Shown here: one piece after another, positions 30,364 through 41,590 of the stretch
How the letters are laid out: the number at the start of each line of letters is the position of its first letter
Position numbering within the stretch: position 1 is the first letter of the stretch
Assembly (NCBI GenBank): GCA_002483445.1
Contig: DLHY01000109.1
Location: 48,603-112,602 of the forward strand
DNA: 64,000 nt
DNA from: Blastocatellia bacterium UBA7656
GTDB lineage: Bacteria; Acidobacteriota; Blastocatellia; UBA7656
Direction: 5' to 3'
Translations under genes and position numbers: made by a program
Notes under the pieces: generated by a model
Seen by the model: only the letters and a program-made list of their open reading frames with translations
Database searches by the model: none
What the model was told of the DNA's origin: nothing

Positions 30364-30481
30364 AAGCAATAAGGCAAAAGGCAAAAGGTAAAAGGCAAAA
30401 ACAGAAGTTTACTCAGGGCGATTCAAGCTGGTTGCAAAGGCTTTCCTACTTTTTCATTTTGCCTTTTTACTTTTTCCTTTC
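30364..30481. repeat. Heptamer-tandem palindrome (AAGGCAA)n...(TTTGCCT-like)n
   Basis: aaggcaaaaggcaaaaggtaaaaggcaaaa ... ttttcattttgcctttttactttttccttt. Confidence 0.85.
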
Positions 30482-30484
30482 TGC

Positions 30485-31690
30485 TCACTCCCTTCCTGCA
30501 ACCGCGCGCCGTCTTTCCGAAACTTTGTCGCGCACTCGTTGAAACACTTCATCTGCATTTATCGTCATCAGGCAATCGTGATGCGGGCAGAGATGAATCT
30601 GATCCTCGCCTTCGAGCCTGAAGCAGGGGCTGCACGCAAGCTCGCGCCGAATCACAGTATGAATCTCGCCGAGCGGCGCAGTGCGGCGAATGTCCGTAGG
30701 CCCGTAGATGGCGACGACCGGAGTCGAGACGGCAACCGCCGCGTGCATCAATCCGCTGTCGTTGCACAGCAGGATATCGCATCGCTCGATGAGCGCAGCC
30801 ACCTGCTTGACCGTCGTTCGGCCCGCCGCAACCAAAACATTCGGGCCAAGCCCACGGGCGAGGCCCGTGACCATATCGGATTCGCCCGCCGAGCCGAACA
30901 GTATCATTATAGAGTCGGGATACTCGCGGCTCAGTCTCTCGATAAGCTCGCGGAACCGATCAAGCGGCCATTGCTTCCAGCGCATGTTGGGCGACGTGCC
31001 GGGCTGCACTCCGATGATCACGCCTGAAAATCGCCTGATCGCTCCTTCCAAAAACTTTGCAGCGAACTCACGGTCTGATTCTTCGAGATGAATGAAAGTC
31101 TTAGGGCTTTCATTATCATCACAGCGCGCGCCGACTGCGGCTGCGAGGTCGAGGTATCTTTGGGTTTCGTGTTCATCTTCCTGCATGTGGACAGGTATGT
31201 TGAAGATGAAGCTGAAGCGCGAGAAGCGATGCGACCAGCCGGGGCTTGTCACGTGGCCCGCGCGAAACGGAGCACGGCTCAATGCGACGAGCAGGGCGAG
31301 TTTCCACGAATGAGAATGAAATTCGTTTATTACGAGATCGTAGCGTGCGGCGCGAATCTCCCCAGCGCGTTTCATCCACTCGCGCGCGCGCGCCCCGTAA
31401 GGCAGGTTGTAGATATTATCAAATATGTGAGCGCCTTCCAGTACATCTTCGCAGCCCGTATTATTTCCCACCTGAAGATCGATTCGCGCATCAGGATAAT
31501 GCTGGCGCAAAAGACGGAGCGCGGGCGTGTACAGGATGAAATTTCCGAGTCCCTGATAAGCGAATACGAGTATGCGATGGATTTTTTCGGGAGAGAATTC
31601 CTGACGCGGCAGACTCGCAAAGTACACCTTCATCCACGACTCAACAGGGAGCCTCAGCCACTCTTTCAACCATTGCTTCACTCGTCTCAT
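30485..31690 (-). CDS. Glycosyltransferase family 9 (heptosyltransferase-like)
   Basis: GLGN..L.TP, KQWP..RF, NDSGLMHAAVAVSTPVVAIYGPT. Confidence 0.92.
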   Translation of the reverse strand: MRRVKQWLKEWLRLPVESWMKVYFASLPRQEFSPEKIHRILVFAYQGLGNFILYTPALRLLRQHYPDARIDLQVGNNTGCEDVLEGAHIFDNIYNLPYGARAREWMKRAGEIRAARYDLVINEFHSHSWKLALLVALSRAPFRAGHVTSPGWSHRFSRFSFIFNIPVHMQEDEHETQRYLDLAAAVGARCDDNESPKTFIHLEESDREFAAKFLEGAIRRFSGVIIGVQPGTSPNMRWKQWPLDRFRELIERLSREYPDSIMILFGSAGESDMVTGLARGLGPNVLVAAGRTTVKQVAALIERCDILLCNDSGLMHAAVAVSTPVVAIYGPTDIRRTAPLGEIHTVIRRELACSPCFRLEGEDQIHLCPHHDCLMTINADEVFQRVRDKVSERRRAVAGRE

Positions 31691-33300
31691 TGTGCGCTCT
31701 GTGCCGCCGCGTCTCTGCGAAGATAGTAAGTGAAATTTTTCCCCTTATGCTCGACGTATTCCGCTTCCAGCCATTGATTGAAATCCTTTTTGTGAGCCAC
31801 CTTTCTGAGCCTCGTCATGCCGACGATTTTCGGGCGCTCGGCTTTCAACTTCTCGAACCATCCGTCGAATCCGCCCTCTTCCACTTTGCTGAGGTAAAGG
31901 TCTTTGCCGCGATCAAGAAAAAAGTACTTGCTGGCATTGGGCAGATGGGCCAGCACCAGTATCTCTGTAGGGCCGTGAACGAATATCTTGTCGCCCGGTT
32001 CAAGGTGAGAAGTTATCTCTTTCACCTCCGCCTCCTGCTGCTGAAGCAGGAGAGATTTCCGCCTATACTTGAACGAATCCCCGACGCCCATCACGAACAC
32101 GACGAGAAACAATAAAACAAGCCCCGCGCTTTGAACCGCTATGGGATAAGGCGCGAGTCTGCCCAGTCGCAAAGCCAGTTTGACTGCCAGTTTCAATGCA
32201 AGGACGAGAATGAAAGCTGAAAAGAAAGCTATGAATGGAAGGAACGGAAACGAGTCCGCGCTTCCCTGCACGTTGATGGTGCAGAAGAAAAAGTATACGA
32301 GGAATGAAATCGCCGCGGCGTGATAAGGCGCGCGGTCGAGCAGTCGCCGCCGTCCGTTTTTTATGGCCTCTCTCACTTCCAGCCCCGTCCAGAGGAAAAA
32401 TCCTATTATGGTCAGAGCCAGAAAAGCGCGGTCGCTTCGATAATAAGTTCTCCACATCCTGCCGAGATACCCCTCAAATCGCGAGAGCGGTTTCAATTCG
32501 CCCGGAGCGTAAACATTGAAATTGAAATCGACAGTCCAGAGATAAAAATCTTTCACCGCGCCGCCTGTCCACAGGTGCGCAAGCACGAGCGCGAGCGGCA
32601 ACGCGGCTCCAGCGATGAGCTTTACTATTTTTAGGTCTCGCCAGCTAGTAAGATATCGAGAAAAGGCAAGCCCTGCGGCCCCTAAGAAGAGAAGGCCGGG
32701 TTGCCAACTGAGAGCCGACAGCATACTGAACGCGCCTGCTGCAAACGGGCGGTCGCGCCTTATGCAAAGAAGGGCCGCGACTCCGAACAATATCATGGGA
32801 GTTTTAGGCTGAATGCCGGCGCTGTTGGCGACGATGAAGGAATCGAACGCGAGAAAAATTATCGCCGCAAGCAGCGCCGTCGCGCGGCTGTTGAAATATG
32901 CGAACGCGGCGAGAAAAATCAGACCCGTAGTGATGATGCCGAGCAGTATGAAGGCGAAGCGGACAGCATAGATATCGCGCAGGCCGAAAGGGCGAGTCGC
33001 GACTATGGCGGCTGCGCCGATGTAGGCCGAGAGCGGGCTTTTGATATTGACCACATCTCGGTAAGGCATCCCTCCGCGAGCGATGACCTGAGCGAAGTAT
33101 TCCCAGTTGGCGCGGTCGCCACGGATTGGCTGTTTGAAGATTTGAAACTGCGAGTAAATGATCGCTGATAAAACGAGCGTGAAGAAAAACAACCGCTTTA
33201 CAGTCAGCCACTCAAGCCGCTTCGAGATTTTGTTTTCAAGCTCATCAGCCTCTACTATCGCTACAACTTCAACCATTCTTTCCTTCTTTCTCCCCGCCAT
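31687..33300 (-). CDS. GT-C fold membrane glycosyltransferase (PMT/ArnT-like)
   Basis: Multiple TM helices; GGMPYRDVVNIKSPL loop; overlaps the GT9 start. Confidence 0.75.
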   Translation of the reverse strand: MAGRKKERMVEVVAIVEADELENKISKRLEWLTVKRLFFFTLVLSAIIYSQFQIFKQPIRGDRANWEYFAQVIARGGMPYRDVVNIKSPLSAYIGAAAIVATRPFGLRDIYAVRFAFILLGIITTGLIFLAAFAYFNSRATALLAAIIFLAFDSFIVANSAGIQPKTPMILFGVAALLCIRRDRPFAAGAFSMLSALSWQPGLLFLGAAGLAFSRYLTSWRDLKIVKLIAGAALPLALVLAHLWTGGAVKDFYLWTVDFNFNVYAPGELKPLSRFEGYLGRMWRTYYRSDRAFLALTIIGFFLWTGLEVREAIKNGRRRLLDRAPYHAAAISFLVYFFFCTINVQGSADSFPFLPFIAFFSAFILVLALKLAVKLALRLGRLAPYPIAVQSAGLVLLFLVVFVMGVGDSFKYRRKSLLLQQQEAEVKEITSHLEPGDKIFVHGPTEILVLAHLPNASKYFFLDRGKDLYLSKVEEGGFDGWFEKLKAERPKIVGMTRLRKVAHKKDFNQWLEAEYVEHKGKNFTYYLRRDAAAQSAQ

Positions 33301-33474
33301 CAACCGATGCGCGTTCGTGCGGTGAGAATCTCTCGTGATTCATGCTTGGAATGTCCGGCTGGCACACTGTTCCACTTTTTGACCTTAGAATATACTTGCC
33401 CCGGCGGCTTTGTTCAACCACGCGCAAGCGCGCGAAATTAAACGGGCAGATGTCGAATAAGGCAGGAGGCGGCG

Positions 33475-35184
<1,710 letters not shown>

Positions 35185-35244
35185 AACCTTTTCCTCCCCT
35201 GACTGATGGTCAGAACCAGATTCTACATCAATCGCAAACGGGAT

Positions 35245-35568
35245 TCATGCAATTTGAGGAAAGATTTCGGGCTTCTCGAATACGAAACTCACTCCTATCT
35301 GGAAACGGTCGTCCGACTCTTCAGCCCAGCGCACCTCGGCCTGTGCCGAGCCGCTCAGTCCTCCCACATCCAGAGTGACAAAGACTTTTTTTCCGGCAGG
35401 TATGAGTCTTTTGACTATGATTCCGGCTCCGCTGTTGCTGATTGAAAAAGTGGTCGCCTGCTGGCGGACCTCCCTCTCGTCTTCAGTCCAGCTAAGGGTT
35501 GCGGGAAACATAATGCTTACTCTTTTTTCCCTGCGCCTTTCGGGAGAAAAATAGTTATCCAGGCGCAT
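35245..35568 (-). CDS. PilZ-domain protein
   Basis: RRREKR (RxxxR), SISNSGA (degenerate D/NxSxxG), AEVRW, IGVSF; GGAGGAG RBS before ATG 35568. Confidence 0.75.
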   Translation of the reverse strand: MRLDNYFSPERRREKRVSIMFPATLSWTEDEREVRQQATTFSISNSGAGIIVKRLIPAGKKVFVTLDVGGLSGSAQAEVRWAEESDDRFQIGVSFVFEKPEIFPQIA

Positions 35569-35901
35569 ACAAGCTCCTCCATCAGATGACGACGGGCGCT
35601 CCGGGTGAGGATGAAGCGCAGGTTTAAGATCAGGGGTGATGATCGCGTCTTCAATATCTGGAAATGAAAAAAGAGCCAATTATTCCAGCGCGGCTTTTTT
35701 CTTGCCATCATCGGTGGATTGAGATACTATCGTCTCATTCCGAATGGTGGACAACACCCGCGTTTACTTTCGCTGAAACACTATCCGGTTTCGAGGAGTC
35801 GGCGAAGTTTGTATCGCTCAGACTCCGGTAATCAAATTGGATTAAGATAATAGCAGGCTAGGCTGCCGTTTGGAAAACAACTCATATATGGAGGATGTGA
35901 G

Positions 35902-36276
35902 GTGAATAGAAAGCTGATAAGAACGACCCTTGCTGAGGTTCGAGAGCGGGCTGAACGCGATACATCTCGCCGCCAGCCCTCTGATCCGAATCGCAAGCGT
36001 GTGCCTCCGGAGCAAACTCATGCCGAAAGCTTTTACTACAAGAAACAAATGGACAATAGAACTCCCATGGTAGTGGTACTTCAGGACGGCGAGGTGCTCC
36101 GAGGAACCATCGAATGGTATGACCGCAACTGCATCAAGCTTCATCGCCTGGATGCTCCGAATCTGCTCGTCCTCAAGCACAACGTAAAGTACATGTACAA
36201 AGACGAGGACGCGAAAGAGTACGAAAGAGATGAGTCCGACTCTGACCAATCGGATGAAATAGCCGAAGAAGAATGA
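35902..36276 (+). CDS. Hfq-like Sm-fold RNA chaperone
   Basis: [21 protein letters not shown] (Sm1), [11 protein letters not shown] (Sm2); basic N-terminus, acidic tail; GGAGG RBS. Confidence 0.75.
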   Translation: MNRKLIRTTLAEVRERAERDTSRRQPSDPNRKRVPPEQTHAESFYYKKQMDNRTPMVVVLQDGEVLRGTIEWYDRNCIKLHRLDAPNLLVLKHNVKYMYKDEDAKEYERDESDSDQSDEIAEEE

Positions 36277-36316
36277 TCCTGGCCCTGGGATATCTTCCTC
36301 AACTCGACTGAACCTC

Positions 36317-37357
36317 GTGACGCGAGCCGAGAACCGCCACGACAAGCCGCGTGTTGGAATAACAACAGGAGACCTCGCAGGCATCGGGCCTGAAATAGTT
36401 CTCAAGTCCGTTGCCTCGATGGAGCCGCGCTCTTTGTGCGCCTTCGTCATAATTGGCGACGCCCATGAGCTTCGTCGTCAGGCCGCCCTGCTCGGTCTTG
36501 CCTGCGATTATCCCATTGTGCGCCTTGATGAATTCTCTTTCGATTCCCGTGAGACGATACTGCTCGACACCGGCTCTCTGATTGGCGAAGTCGAATGGGG
36601 GAAACTCTCTCCCGCGGCTGGGCAGGCGGCGATAGAGTGCGTGGAAGCGGGCGCGCGGTTGTGCCTTGAAGGAAAGCTCGATGCCATAGCGACCGCGCCC
36701 ATAAACAAAGAAGCGATCCGAATGGCGGGGTCGCCTTTTTCGGGTCACACCGATATGCTCGCCTCAATTTGCGGCGTAGAGGATTCTTTGATGTGCTTCT
36801 TCGCGGGCGATCTCCGAGTCATACTCATCACGATTCATCTGAGCCTTTCGGATGCGATAAAAGCCATAACCCGCGAGCGCGTGATAAAAACTCTCCGTCT
36901 TGCCGACCGGGAGCTTAAAAGATTCGGACTCGAATCACCTCGTGTGGCTGTCTGCGGACTCAACCCGCACGCGGGAGAGCGCGGGTTGATGGGCAGCGAA
37001 GAAATTCTTGAAATCGCGCCCGCCGTCGAGCAGTGCCGCAGTGAAAACATCAACGTGTCAGGCCCCTTTCCTGCCGACACATTGTTCGTCCGCGCGGCCC
37101 GAGGAGAATTCGATGCGGTCTTGGCCTGCTATCACGATCAGGGATTGATCGCGGTCAAATGCCTCGCCTTCGGCCAGTCGGTCAATGTCACGCTCGGCCT
37201 TCCGATTATTCGCACATCGGTAGATCACGGCACGGCTTTCGACATAGCCGGACGCGGCATTGCAGACCCATCGAGCATGATCGAAGCCATCCGGCTTGCA
37301 GCGCGGCTGGCGAATGAAGAAGATGTTAGATGTCAGAGGTCAGATGTTAGCGAATAA
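36317..37357 (+). CDS. pdxA: 4-hydroxythreonine-4-phosphate dehydrogenase
   Basis: GDLAGIGPEI, TAPINK, GHT, GLNPHAGE, YHDQGL, RTSVDHGTAFDIAG. Confidence 0.95.
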   Translation: MTRAENRHDKPRVGITTGDLAGIGPEIVLKSVASMEPRSLCAFVIIGDAHELRRQAALLGLACDYPIVRLDEFSFDSRETILLDTGSLIGEVEWGKLSPAAGQAAIECVEAGARLCLEGKLDAIATAPINKEAIRMAGSPFSGHTDMLASICGVEDSLMCFFAGDLRVILITIHLSLSDAIKAITRERVIKTLRLADRELKRFGLESPRVAVCGLNPHAGERGLMGSEEILEIAPAVEQCRSENINVSGPFPADTLFVRAARGEFDAVLACYHDQGLIAVKCLAFGQSVNVTLGLPIIRTSVDHGTAFDIAGRGIADPSSMIEAIRLAARLANEEDVRCQRSDVSE

Positions 37358-37424
37358 CAGGCCGACAAGGACCGGAGGCGGCTGTCCTGTTCTGACTCCA
37401 GACTCAGGACTCCAGACTCCAGAC
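37321..37424. repeat. Heptamer-tandem palindrome overlapping the pdxA 3' end
   Basis: agatgtt agatgtc agaggtc agatgtt ... ctgactccagactcaggactccagactccagact. Confidence 0.85.
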
Positions 37425-37441
37425 TTTTTACAGGAGAACTG

Positions 37442-38494
37442 ATGCGAATCATTCTTATTTTCTTTATGATCATCTGCGCCGTTGCGGCTCCGCTTGCAGG
37501 GCCGCTTCAAGATGATAACGACCGGCTAAGACTGCCGCAGGAAAAACATCTGCGCAACATCCGTCAGCTTACCTTCGGAGGCGAAAACGCCGAGGCTTAC
37601 TTTTCAGCCGATGGAAAGAAATTGATATTTCAATCGACACGCGAGGGGGTCGAATGCGATCAGATATTCGAGATGAATATCGATGGAACCGGAGTCAGGA
37701 TGCTCTCGACGGGCAAAGGGCGCACGACCTGCGCTTACTTCACTCCGAACGGCAGACGCATCGTTTATTCCTCGACTCATCTCGCCGACCCGAAATGTCC
37801 GCCCAAGCCAGACTATTCGCGGGGATATGTGTGGGCGCTTTATCCCGGATACGACATCTTCAGCGCCGCGCCCGACGGCTCCCGTATCAGAAGGCTTACG
37901 ACCGCGCCCGGTTACGATGCCGAAGCGACCATCTCGCCTGACGGCAGAAAAATAGTCTTCACATCGCTTCGCAGCGGCGATCTCGATATCTACACGATGG
38001 ACGCGGATGGAAGAAATGTGAAGCGATTGACCGAGGCTCTCGGCTACGACGGCGGGCCGTTCTTTTCTTACGACAGCAAGTGGATCGTCTATCGCGCCTA
38101 TCACCCCAAGGACGAAAAAGAGATAGCCGATTACAAAGCGTTGCTCAAAGAAAATCTCATTCGTCCGACGAAGCTCGACATCTGGGTGATGAAAGCCGAC
38201 GGCACCGAGAAGCGAAGGGTGACTGACAATGGCAAGGCCAATTTCGCGCCCTTCTTTTTCCCTGACGGCAAGCGAATAATTTTTTCCTCGAATATGGACG
38301 ACCCGCGCGGGCGCAACTTCGACCTCTACCGGGTCAACACCGACGGCACAGGGCTTGAGCGAGTAACCTTCAACGAAACCTTCGACGGATTTCCGATGTT
38401 CACGCCTGATGGCAAGAAAATCGTTTTCGCTTCGAACCGCAACAGCAAGACTCAGGGCGAGACGAATATATTCATAGCCGACTGGGTGGAATAG
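37442..38494 (+). CDS. TolB-like (PD40 repeat) periplasmic beta-propeller
   Basis: Signal peptide; repeated FSxDGKKxxFxS units; GENAEAYFS. Confidence 0.9.
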   Translation: MRIILIFFMIICAVAAPLAGPLQDDNDRLRLPQEKHLRNIRQLTFGGENAEAYFSADGKKLIFQSTREGVECDQIFEMNIDGTGVRMLSTGKGRTTCAYFTPNGRRIVYSSTHLADPKCPPKPDYSRGYVWALYPGYDIFSAAPDGSRIRRLTTAPGYDAEATISPDGRKIVFTSLRSGDLDIYTMDADGRNVKRLTEALGYDGGPFFSYDSKWIVYRAYHPKDEKEIADYKALLKENLIRPTKLDIWVMKADGTEKRRVTDNGKANFAPFFFPDGKRIIFSSNMDDPRGRNFDLYRVNTDGTGLERVTFNETFDGFPMFTPDGKKIVFASNRNSKTQGETNIFIADWVE

Positions 38495-38510
38495 AACGCG
38501 GATAAAGATG

Positions 38511-38542
38511 GATGCGGCGGATTGTTGCAGATCCGCCGCATC
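38511..38542. repeat. 12-bp inverted repeat (hairpin or terminator)
   Basis: GATGCGGCGGAT ... ATCCGCCGCATC. Confidence 0.6.
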
Positions 38543-38595
38543 TGATGCGGGCTGTTTCCGTCCTGCCTGCGAAAACTCGCTTTTCTCTCTCATCG

Positions 38596-38646
38596 TTGAC
38601 TGAAATGGGCCGCAAACATATTATTAACATCCCACTGTAATGAAAT
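38596..38646 (+). promoter_or_regulatory. Sigma-70 promoter, near-identical to that at 50458
   Basis: TTGACT-N17-TATTAT followed by TAAC...CTGTAATGAAAT. Confidence 0.7.
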
Positions 38647-38688
38647 CTTCGATTGTGCAGGCGACCAGCTAATGAGTTGAATCGGGCT

Positions 38689-41487
38689 ATGATGATGAAA
38701 CGATACTGGCGCATAACCGCAAGGCGCATTTTCATAATCACTATAGCCGCGCTCATCGCATCGAGCTTCCTTAATTCGATCAAAGCTCAAACCCAAAGCG
38801 CAAAACAGGCAGAGCTTGCCCGCCTTGAGCGTATCGAAGAGCTTTCCGAATCGCTCGCAAACGACATGCTCGACCTTTCCGTCGCTGTGCGCGACCACGA
38901 CTCAGACGGCATCGCCGGATTTTTCGCGGCAAGGCTCCGTGCCGCGCCTTTCCCATCTGTCGCGCTCGCCCCGCAGCCCCGTATCAAATGGATAGCCGCG
39001 CGAGCATGGGAAACGGGCGATGCGCGAGCGTCTGCGATTCGGCAGATGACCAGAAGCGCGTTCCTGCGCGGCTTTTCGAAGTTTCTCGATCACTTCGTTG
39101 AAATCGAAGACGTGCGCTTCAAGGTCAAAGAATCGGACTTTGATGAGAAGGAAACGGCGCGCGCTCGCGTCGCTTTCTACGTCATTGGCCGCAACGCAGG
39201 CGACCAGCGCGAGTGGGCGCGCGGCGCGGCCAATATCACAGCGCGTCAGACCGCCGACAAGCGATGGAAGATTGATCGATTCAATCTTGCGAGCCTCGAT
39301 TCGATGATCGCCGCATCGGATATTTTCTCTGAGGTCTCTCTTCCGGCAGGAGTCGCGGCCAGCCTTCCCGAATTCGGCTCGCCGCAGAATTCGGGCTTCG
39401 TATGGCGCGGCGCGGCGGCGGCGGACTTCAATGGCGACGGATGGATGGATTTATTCGTCACCGCGCCTGATCGAAATTATCTTTATCTCAACGACACCCG
39501 CGCGCGATTTCGCGACGCTTCCGCCGAAGCCGGAGTGAAAATGCTTGCCACAGGGGTCGCGCCTCTCGCTCTGGATTACGACAACGATGGCGACACGGAT
39601 ATTTTCATTTCAAACGTGGGGACGCAAATTCTGCTTGAGAATCGATTAGTTCCTGACGGCAGGCTTGAATTCCGCGACCTGTCGCTTGAGTCCGGCGTTT
39701 CGCTTCAGGCCATAGGCTTCAGCGCCGTCGCGGGCGACATAAACGGCGACGGATTCGCAGACATCTATGTGGCATCTTACAACCGCTACGGGCAGGTCAC
39801 GCCGGATTCATGGTTTCGCGCCGCCAACGGTACGCCGAATCTGCTGTTCGTCAATCAGAGGAACGGAACCTTCAGCGAAGAAGCGTCGAAGCGGGGAGTC
39901 GATGACAGGCGATGGAGCTACGCCGCAGAGATACTAGATATCGATGGCGACGGGCGGCTCGATGTGTATGTGTCGAACGATTTCGGCGAGAATGGATTGT
40001 TCATCAACAAGGGCGACCGGTTCATTGATGAGGCGCGCGAGCGGGGCGCGCTCGATCCCGGCAACGGCATGGGCGTTTCGTTCGGAGATTTCAACAATGA
40101 TGGGCGGCTCGATCTGCACACAACCAACATGTCCTCGACCGCCGGAAACAGAATACTGTCGCGACTGTTTCCCGGATCGAACGCGGGCAACAATGTACTG
40201 AAAAAACTCGCCGCAGGCAACAACCTCTTCGTCAATATCGGCAACGGCTGCTTTCGCGATGTGACGGCGGAGGTGGGCGGCTTTTCCGCAGGCTGGGCAT
40301 GGGGCGGCGGCTTCATCGATTTCGACAACGACGGATGGCAGGACATCTTCTCGCCGAACGGATTCATTTCGGGCAAGTCGATGAAAGACACCTGAAGCCA
40401 CTTCTGGCGTCAGGTCGTGACGCAGGCGAATGATCCCAAAGAGCAAGGCGCGTTGAGAGGAGATCAATCCCGATTGATGTTCGAGCAGGGATTTTCATTC
40501 AGCGGCTATGAGCGCGATCCTCTCTACCTGAACGAGGGCGGGAAAAAGTTTCTCGACATATCAGGAGTCTCCGGCATAGATTCGATCACAGACGGGCGAG
40601 CGGGAGTGTTCGCCGATTTCGACAACGACGGAGATCTGGACGTATTTCTCACGACGATTCAGGGGCAATCGCATCTGCTCTTTCGCAATAACGTCGGGCA
40701 GGACGGAAATTTTTTGCGCGTCTCGCTGAGAGGAACGAAAACGGGAAGAGATGCTTTCGGCTCCGTCGTCCGTGTGAAGACCTCTTCGGGAATTTTGACC
40801 CGCGTCAAGAGCGGCGGCGAGGGCTTCATATCTCAGCACGATCCGCGCCTGCTGTTCGGGCTTGGGAGAGATAAACGCGCCGAGTGGGTGGAAGTCACAT
40901 GGCCCGATGGAAAAGTCGAAAGATTCGAAGGCGAAGCGAAAGCGGGATCAAGCCTTCTGCTGCGGGAAGGGTCGGGCCGGATCGAGGCCGCCGCCACGGG
41001 TCTTGCAAAGCTGCCTGATCCTTTGACCAGAGACGAAATGCTTGCGCGAGGGTTGAAGATAGCCATCGGTCAGAAGATGCCTGAACTCGTTTTGAAAAAT
41101 ATCGATGGAAGCGAGACGACTCTCGGCAGGCATCTCAAACCGGGCCGTCGAACGATAATCAATTTGTGGGCGACATGGTGTTTGCCCTGCGCGAAGGAGA
41201 TGCCCGAGCTTGAAAGGTTGCGACCCCGACTTGCTGCGAGCGGAATCGATGTGATCGGGCTGAACCTCGACACCGACTCCGGCGCGAACATCCGCGGCTT
41301 TCTGGCAAAGGGCCGCGTCCGCTATCCGATACTCGTGGGCGGAATAAAAGCAGTCGAGCAATTGTACGCAACCGATGAAATGACTGTGCCGATGTCGATA
41401 ATCGTCGATGACAAAGGCACAGTCGTCGCCCTCCTTCATGGATGGTCGGTCGAAACAAAGCGTAGACTCGAAGCTCTCATCAGATGA
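38689..41487 (+). CDS. Predicted selenoprotein (~932 aa, Sec at about residue 569): signal peptide - NTF2-like - FG-GAP/CRTAC1 propeller - ASPIC/UnbV - TlpA thioredoxin
   Basis: ORFs 38653-40395 and 40417-41487 are in frame and joined by TGA-SHFWRQV; SECIS-like hairpin; DxDxDGxxD repeats continue on both sides; NLWATWCLPC. Confidence 0.8.
40396..40427 (+). promoter_or_regulatory. Bacterial SECIS-like element
   Basis: 11-nt spacer after UGA, then GCGUCA-GGUCG-UGACGC (40407-40423), extendable by CU/AG around a bulged G. Confidence 0.75.
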
Positions 41488-41496
41488 GTCTTTGAC

Positions 41497-41574
41497 GTAC
41501 AACAGGCTGGCAGCCTGTTGATACCCTGAAAGTATGCATATTTGAAGAAGCAGCAGGCTGGCAGCCTGCTGTAC
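41497..41574. repeat. Pair of REP-like palindromes
   Basis: GTACAACAGGCTGGCAGCCTGTTG and CAGCAGGCTGGCAGCCTGCTGTAC. Confidence 0.75.
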
Positions 41575-41590
41575 CTTTCAGGAACCGGCT

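Noticed and set aside
35185-35247. PilZ-HflX read-through fusion (same frame, single TGA)
   Set aside because: No SECIS-like hairpin noticed after the TGA; a strong SD before ATC 35184 explains independent initiation
35693-35707. Sigma-54 site upstream of the PilZ gene (TGGCAAG-N4-AAGC)
   Set aside because: The -12 box lacks the conserved TTGC; too weak to call
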